DNA from: an uncultured Candidatus Saccharibacteria bacterium
GTDB taxonomy: Bacteria > Patescibacteriota > Minisyncoccia > Phycocordibacterales > UBA9973
Assembly: GCA_964544225.1 (NCBI GenBank)
Contig: CAZIZK010000002.1
Coordinates: 69,452-133,451 of the forward strand
DNA length: 64,000 bases
Reading direction: 5' to 3'
The notes under the pieces were generated by a model. It made no database searches. It was not told the origin of the DNA and was given only the letters and a program-made list of their open reading frames with translations. Positions 58,150 through 64,000 of this stretch are shown here, one piece after another; positions within the stretch are counted from its first letter, which is position 1, and each line of letters opens with the position of its first letter. Made by a program: the position numbers and the translations under genes.

Positions 58150-59631
58150 CTACAACATCTCCAGTGCGTTTTGTAAACGCAAGACTGTTTCTTCGTGTCC
58201 TAGTACTTCTGCAAGCACAAATGGGTCTGGAGATTTCTCGCGACCAGAAAGTGCATAACGCATTGGCCACAATACTTGCCCACGGCCCACAACGGTAGCA
58301 TAGTCCCAGATCGCGTTCTTTATATTTTCATTATTCCAAGTTTCTACAGTGCCTAGTATCTCGATGATTTTATTCAAAGCTTGCTTTGTCACTTCTTTAC
58401 CCTTGTTTGGATCTTCTTCGGTATTTAACTTCTTTGCTTGGGCAAGTAATATGTCGGTAGCTAGTGTCGGTTCTTTGAAGAAGTATTCAATATCGCCAGC
58501 TATACACATGGCCTCGATATCGGTACCACAGTTCACACGCTCCATGATTATCGGAACTATGGCATGCAGGCGCTCGGTGCTGTAGTGTGGCAGACTCTTT
58601 ATTTCAGATATTATGTATTGATTGATATATTCCTCTTGCTCCTCGTAAGACATACGCTTTAGATGCTCGCGGTTTACCCAGTCGAGCTTCTCATCGTTGA
58701 ATTGTGCACCTGATCGGCCCACCTTTTCAATATCGAAAGTATTAGTAAGTTCACTCGGTGTAAATATCTCTTGTTCGGTGCCTGGGTTCCAGCCTAGGAG
58801 TGCTAGGAAGTTCATCATCGCGTTCGGCAAGTAGCCTTCGGTGCGGTATTCGAGGATATCTTTGGCACCGTCACGCTTGCCCAACTTTTTATTGCCACCT
58901 TCTGCGAGTATTGGTGGAAGTGTTGCAAACAGTGGCGCATCGCATCCAAGTGCTTCATATACAGAAAGGAACTTTGGTGTAGAGGAAATAAATTCTTGCC
59001 CACGCATGACATGTGTCACACCCATCTCGATATCATCCACAATGTGCGCAAAGTTGTATGTGGGGTAACCATCGCTCTTTATCAATATGAAGTCATCCAG
59101 AGCCTCTTCACCAGCAGACAAGTCACCGTATACCAGGTCATGCCATTCGTATCTCTTTATACTTGGAACTTTGAATCGCAATGGCTTGCTTCCATCCCAA
59201 ACCTCATTTACATCTTTGCGATGCTCACGGTATAGGAATGCACGCTTCTCCTCTTCGGCTTGCTTCCTCAATACATTGATCTCTTCTTCTGTATATGGGT
59301 CGGGATATGCGTAGCCTTTGTCTATCAATATCTGTGCATACTCGCGGTACTTCTGTAGGCGTTGTGACTGGATATATGGTGCATGCTGGCCACCAATATC
59401 TGGGCCTTCGTCATAATCCATACCTAGCCATGCAATAGATTCGATAATATGCTCGATAGAGCCCATTACCTCGCGTTCCTTGTCGGTGTCCTCGATACGC
59501 AATATAAAAGTCCCGCCATGTTTGCGGGCATATAGCCATGCATATAGTGCTGTACGCAAGCCACCCACATGCATGAAGCCTGTTGGTGATGGAGCAAAAC
59601 GCGTAACAACTTTTTTGTTTTCTTTATTCAT
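58150..59631 (-). CDS. gltX: Glutamate--tRNA ligase
   Basis: RFAPSPTG.MHVGG (HIGH), LRIEDTD, KLGKR (KMSKS-like); start moved to ATG 59631. Confidence 0.96.
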   Translation of the reverse strand: MNKENKKVVTRFAPSPTGFMHVGGLRTALYAWLYARKHGGTFILRIEDTDKEREVMGSIEHIIESIAWLGMDYDEGPDIGGQHAPYIQSQRLQKYREYAQILIDKGYAYPDPYTEEEINVLRKQAEEEKRAFLYREHRKDVNEVWDGSKPLRFKVPSIKRYEWHDLVYGDLSAGEEALDDFILIKSDGYPTYNFAHIVDDIEMGVTHVMRGQEFISSTPKFLSVYEALGCDAPLFATLPPILAEGGNKKLGKRDGAKDILEYRTEGYLPNAMMNFLALLGWNPGTEQEIFTPSELTNTFDIEKVGRSGAQFNDEKLDWVNREHLKRMSYEEQEEYINQYIISEIKSLPHYSTERLHAIVPIIMERVNCGTDIEAMCIAGDIEYFFKEPTLATDILLAQAKKLNTEEDPNKGKEVTKQALNKIIEILGTVETWNNENIKNAIWDYATVVGRGQVLWPMRYALSGREKSPDPFVLAEVLGHEETVLRLQNALEML

Positions 59632-59638
59632 ATAATAT

Positions 59639-60772
59639 TTATTCTTCGTGACTAATAGCAATGTTCAGAGCTTCGCGGGCGATCTTGTTCGCGGCGTCAG
59701 GTGTGGCAAATGCGTGAGTCTTCTTTACCATTACATCGTACCTTTCTTTGTTATTCATTATTTTATCAATTTCGGCTACGAGTACATGTGGAGTCAGATT
59801 TGCCTCTTCGATCACTTCGCAGGCACCAGCACGTGCGTAGTTGAATGCGTTCTTCCTCTGGTGATCGCCATTACTATTGGTGATAGGGATAATGATAGAC
59901 GGTATACCCCATGATGCTATCTCGAATATTGTAGATCCTGCACGAGACACTACAATAGATGCAGCACCCGATGCCATCTTTGTAGTTAGATTGTTCATGT
60001 ATGCAAATGGTTGATAGCGTTCTTTATTTGGGTTCTTGTCTAGTATCAGGTTCGCACGCAAGGCAACTTCGTCCTGATTCTTCTGGCCTGTTTGGTGAAG
60101 GATTTGATATTTCTCTACAAGTAGTGGCAATGCATCCAGTACTACATTGTTGATCTTCTCTGCGCCTTGTGAGCCACCTTGTACCAATATAGTTGGCAGA
60201 GTTTTGTCGAGCTTGAAGAAGTCGTATGAAGTGTCCATATCGCCACGCACAATTTCCTTCCTCACTGGTTGGCCTGTCCACGCTACTTTGTCCTTTGGGA
60301 ATTTTTCGCCAGCTTCTGAATATGACACTGCGATACGACGAGCAAATGTTGCACTCCATTCATTCAATCGTCCTGGGTAAGAGTCGGACTCGTGGACTAT
60401 AAGTGGTATGCGTAATACTTTGGCTGCAAATACGGCTGGGAATGCGCCATAGCCACCTTTGGAAATTATTACATCTGGGTATATAGCAAATACGCGCAAT
60501 ACTCCTACCATAGCCCCGATACCTGCCGTGATCATGTCAAAGAAGTTCTTTATACTGCTATATGTACGCATCTTGCCAGCCGGAACTGCAACAAAAGTGA
60601 TATTGTTGTTAGACAATGCTTGTTTGTCGTATGGCTTGTCAGACATGTAGTATAGCTTTACATTGAGCAAGCGCTCCTTTTCCGCCAATACATTTAACTC
60701 CTCGGCAATAGCTATAAGTGGGTAGAAATGTCCCCCAGTCCCCCCACCTGTAAGTAATATCTTCATATTCAT
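59639..60772 (-). CDS. murG: Lipid II GlcNAc transferase MurG
   Basis: GGGTGGH, KGGY, GGSQGA, SRAG, HQ..NA. Confidence 0.96.
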   Translation of the reverse strand: MNMKILLTGGGTGGHFYPLIAIAEELNVLAEKERLLNVKLYYMSDKPYDKQALSNNNITFVAVPAGKMRTYSSIKNFFDMITAGIGAMVGVLRVFAIYPDVIISKGGYGAFPAVFAAKVLRIPLIVHESDSYPGRLNEWSATFARRIAVSYSEAGEKFPKDKVAWTGQPVRKEIVRGDMDTSYDFFKLDKTLPTILVQGGSQGAEKINNVVLDALPLLVEKYQILHQTGQKNQDEVALRANLILDKNPNKERYQPFAYMNNLTTKMASGAASIVVSRAGSTIFEIASWGIPSIIIPITNSNGDHQRKNAFNYARAGACEVIEEANLTPHVLVAEIDKIMNNKERYDVMVKKTHAFATPDAANKIAREALNIAISHEE

Positions 60773-60915
60773 ATATTCTACCGCATCTTCCCCATTTTTT
60801 CTAGTATTCTCTACCCACAGATAGTCACCCGGTCACTATCTGGCAAAAAGAAAAACCCCAAGCATTGGAGTTTTTCTCCAAAGCTCAGGGCTTTTTAAAA
60901 TTTTTAGCAGTTAGT

Positions 60916-61287
60916 TTATATTCCGAAGAATAGATAAATACTGAAAGTTAGTAAACTTGCAATATTTAAAAAAACTATCATACCACTCAAAAACATGATC
61001 ATATCCTTGTTTCTCATGGCATGAGCACATGAAAGATAATCATTGTTTTGATGAATTGTTACCGCGTTTGTTACGCGGATTATTAACATTAATGATGTAA
61101 ATACACCCAAAATGTTAACAATTGCACAAATCCATCCGATTAAGGAGTGATCATACGTCCATTGAGAAATGAATCCAATAAGAATCATTGCTGCTAGTGA
61201 TGTTGTAAAGCTGATCACTGGCAAGCTTTTGGTGTTCCATCCGAATTTTTCAGATGAGTTTTCTGTGTTTAAAATTAAATTTTTCAT
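60916..61287 (-). CDS. Hypothetical 3-TM membrane protein (orphan between ftsW and murG)
   Basis: 123-aa hydrophobic ORF with upstream TTGACA...TATAAT. Confidence 0.65.
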   Translation of the reverse strand: MKNLILNTENSSEKFGWNTKSLPVISFTTSLAAMILIGFISQWTYDHSLIGWICAIVNILGVFTSLMLIIRVTNAVTIHQNNDYLSCAHAMRNKDMIMFLSGMIVFLNIASLLTFSIYLFFGI

Positions 61288-61494
61288 AATTGTTTTGTTT
61301 AAGGTTTGTTGCAGTGGCCAAAATATTCAGCCATTAGAACAAACCCTCAACAAAACATGAAAAACGTATCAATGTACTTTATTGGGTATATTATAGCACA
61401 ATAATACCCTATCTGTCAAGGTGCTAGAAACGGGTATTTAACCCTTATTTTACAAGTTATTATTCCGCCCGTGCCTAAAGCACGGGCGGAAGTG

Positions 61495-62604
61495 TTAGTC
61501 GGTGGATTTTTTATAGAAGCGGGAGATGTGCAGGATGATACCCATAGCACCCAGGGTGATGGCAAGCGCAGTTCCACCATGGCTGACAAATGGTAATGGT
61601 ACACCAGTGAGCGGAAAGACTCCGATGATAGATGCAATATTCATAAATGCTTGCGCGGTAAAGAGTGTGATGAGGCCGATGACCAAGAGTTTAGAGAAAG
61701 AGTCCGGTGCACCCCTGGCGACTTTGTACCCTCGGAAGCAAAATGCAAGATACAGTACTATCAACACTGTTGCCCCGATGAACCCCACCTCCTCCCCCAC
61801 TACAGCAAATACCGAGTCACCCTGAGGCTCGGGCAAATAATTGAACTTCTGTATACTTTGCCCGAGCCCGCGGCCAAATATTCCACCTGAACCGATAGCT
61901 ATCAGTGACTGCTGTAACTGGTACGATGAGCCACTTGGGTCACGATCTGGGTGTAGGAATGTAGCTACACGATCCTGTAGATATGGCTTGAACGATATTA
62001 AAATTAGAAATCCAATAATAGAAACTACTAGTATTCCTAATATATGTTTCCACTGCATACCAGATACGAATAGCATGGCCATAGCTGTAATAGACATGAG
62101 GATCAGGCTCTTTGTGTCGGGTTGCTTCAGTAGTACTACTGCTATGATCCCGAGCATGATAAATAGTGGTATGACAGAGAATTTGATATCGCGGACCTTG
62201 CCCTTTACCCACGACAGCCATGAAGCAAAGTAAATAATGAATCCAATCTTTAGGAACTCTACTGGCTGAAATGATATACCGAATATGTCTATCCACCTAC
62301 GTGCACCACCGTGGGCAAAGCCTATGTGCGGTACAAATACTAATGTTGTCAGTATGATAGAAGCTAGGAATATGATCAGAGACTTCTCTTTCCAGAATTT
62401 ATAAGGAATCTTTAACGCAAAGTACATGGCTATACCCCCACCCACCAGGCCAAATACGAATTGGTTAAATATGACTCCGTAGAACTTTGACTCGTTCTTT
62501 GCCAATATTCCCAATGATGCCGATGTAAATATAATAGCCCCAGCAATAATAAGTGCCAGGATGATAGTAAAGAATATTTTGTCTACACTTTTTACTTTAT
62601 TCAT
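61495..62604 (-). CDS. ftsW: SEDS peptidoglycan polymerase FtsW
   Basis: GARRWI, FQPVEFLK, QPD, LPEPQGD, P.TGVPLPFVSHGG; start moved to ATG 62604. Confidence 0.92.
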   Translation of the reverse strand: MNKVKSVDKIFFTIILALIIAGAIIFTSASLGILAKNESKFYGVIFNQFVFGLVGGGIAMYFALKIPYKFWKEKSLIIFLASIILTTLVFVPHIGFAHGGARRWIDIFGISFQPVEFLKIGFIIYFASWLSWVKGKVRDIKFSVIPLFIMLGIIAVVLLKQPDTKSLILMSITAMAMLFVSGMQWKHILGILVVSIIGFLILISFKPYLQDRVATFLHPDRDPSGSSYQLQQSLIAIGSGGIFGRGLGQSIQKFNYLPEPQGDSVFAVVGEEVGFIGATVLIVLYLAFCFRGYKVARGAPDSFSKLLVIGLITLFTAQAFMNIASIIGVFPLTGVPLPFVSHGGTALAITLGAMGIILHISRFYKKSTD

Positions 62605-62605
62605 A

Positions 62606-63655
62606 CTACTGTAGGAAAGATAATACGACGCCAATAATAGATGTCATAATACCGATGATCCAGTAGCGCATGGTGACCTTGTATTTCGGCCAGCCCTTCA
62701 TCTCAAAGTGGTGGTGCAGTGGTGCCATGCGGAATACCTTCTTGCCATGGCGGAATCGCCTAGACAGCATCTGGATAATGTCAGACAGTGATGTGATAAA
62801 TAATGGAAATGCAATAATAGGTAGCAACAGTACTGTATCAGTCAGGAATGCGATAGTTGAAAGCGTTACAGTCAGCCCTATCATACCTGTTTCCCCCATA
62901 TAGAAGCGTGCAGGTGGTATGTTGTACCAGAGGAATGCAAGTATACCTGCTGTAACCACCGCGCAGAATGCTGCCAGATTCAACTGCCCATGACCAAATG
63001 CTATCACAGCGTAACCGGCAAATATTGGGGCCAATACCCCACCCGATAAGCCATCGATACCATCGATCACCGATGATGAGAAGACGGCAAGCATAATGAG
63101 GATGAAGAAAGGTATAAATGCTAGACCAAGATACAATGTGCCGTCAAATGGTATGTGTAGTGTCTCCATACCCAACTTGCTATAGAACCACCACCCGATC
63201 ACAGCACCTAGCGCTACGATGATACCCACCTTGAGCCATCGCAATACTATAGGGTCACCCCGTAGCCTGCCACTGGCAAATATCTGGATAAAGTCATCAC
63301 CGAGACCAATGATAGATGCAAGTATTAGCGTAACGAATGGCAACAATGTCTCAGCACGAGTGATGAAGTATAAATGATCGGATAATCTATCACTAATAAA
63401 GAAAGAAATTATCCAAAGTATAAAGAGTGTAAATATAACAGACATCCAGATGATCATCCCACCTACGCGTGGTGTGCGAAGTTCTGTGTCTTCATATATA
63501 TTCTTGAATTCTGCATTACCTGTGGCAACTGTGACGCGACTGGTCTTGCGCCACAGTTTGTATTTATAAAAGAAATGAGTAAAGACCGGGGTAAGTAATA
63601 TACCCGAAATAAAGCTGATTATAGCTGGTATCAATATCTTTAATGCATTACTCAT
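62606..63655 (-). CDS. mraY: Phospho-N-acetylmuramoyl-pentapeptide transferase
   Basis: TPRVGG, DGIDGL, PARFYMGE, APLHHHFE. Confidence 0.95.
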   Translation of the reverse strand: MSNALKILIPAIISFISGILLTPVFTHFFYKYKLWRKTSRVTVATGNAEFKNIYEDTELRTPRVGGMIIWMSVIFTLFILWIISFFISDRLSDHLYFITRAETLLPFVTLILASIIGLGDDFIQIFASGRLRGDPIVLRWLKVGIIVALGAVIGWWFYSKLGMETLHIPFDGTLYLGLAFIPFFILIMLAVFSSSVIDGIDGLSGGVLAPIFAGYAVIAFGHGQLNLAAFCAVVTAGILAFLWYNIPPARFYMGETGMIGLTVTLSTIAFLTDTVLLLPIIAFPLFITSLSDIIQMLSRRFRHGKKVFRMAPLHHHFEMKGWPKYKVTMRYWIIGIMTSIIGVVLSFLQ

Positions 63656-64000
63656 TTGTGTCTACTTGATTATTTAATGCTTTTTGTATCTCAGATACTA
63701 CTTCACTGTATCGTGGCAATTCCTCTATATTTGTAACACCCATGAATCGTAGTACTTCGATAGTTGGCTTGTATACGGCACGGCGTGAATCGTTCGGGTC
63801 GATACCCTTCTCGATCAAACCGCGGATCATCAGGTTGCGAAGTATGAATCCAGAATTTACTCCACGGATATAGTCGATCTCACTTCTTGTAACACCACTC
63901 TTGTAAAGTATGATAGATAGTGTGTCCAGTGTTGCTTTGGACAAGTCCTTTGTCACCTCTTCACGGCGAAGTTCTTCTAGAAATACGCTTGCACTCGGTG
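63648..64000 (-). CDS. scpB: SMC-Scp complex subunit ScpB, 3' part (open to the window edge)
   Basis: LSKATLDTLSIILY, TRSEIDYIRGVNS, EELP. Confidence 0.92.
   Translation of the reverse strand, partial: PSASVFLEELRREEVTKDLSKATLDTLSIILYKSGVTRSEIDYIRGVNSGFILRNLMIRGLIEKGIDPNDSRRAVYKPTIEVLRFMGVTNIEELPRYSEVVSEIQKALNNQVDTNE

Overview
This is a chromosomal segment of a small-genome Patescibacteria (CPR) bacterium, most likely Parcubacteria (inferred from gene repertoire and style; genetic code 11). Bases 1-33.6 kb are mostly + strand housekeeping genes: the 3' end of gap, rpiB, rpe, split transketolase, PfkB kinase, class I aldolase, an FAD oxidoreductase, rplY, rpmE, prfA, tRNA-Ile(GAU), a full F1Fo ATP synthase operon, trhO, rsmI, an S41 protease, rplI and rpmA, plus two paralogous modular surface proteins. 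After about 33.7 kb most genes are on the - strand, and a 28-bp dif-like site lies at the switch, so the window probably spans the replication terminus. The right half holds lexA with a GAAC-N4-GTTC operator, a cluster of small oxidative/alkylation-stress genes, an AT-rich defence island (an uncharacterised two-gene module, an R-M cassette with an embedded AbiJ/HEPN-like protein ending in an SSB-type DIPF tail, and a NYN nuclease with a convergent promoter-driven small RNA), then an M23 peptidase, gltX, murG, ftsW, mraY and scpB. Non-coding highlights are pervasive leaderless promoters, a family of CCCGTTAGA...TCTAACGGG miniature elements sitting exactly at start codons or a -35 box, three long palindromes around a winged-HTH gene, a promoter-to-terminator ncRNA candidate next to lexA, a (TA)n tract differing between the two surface-protein paralogs, and an unannotated 21-aa basic microprotein. 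Protein family calls come from motif recognition only; no searches were run.
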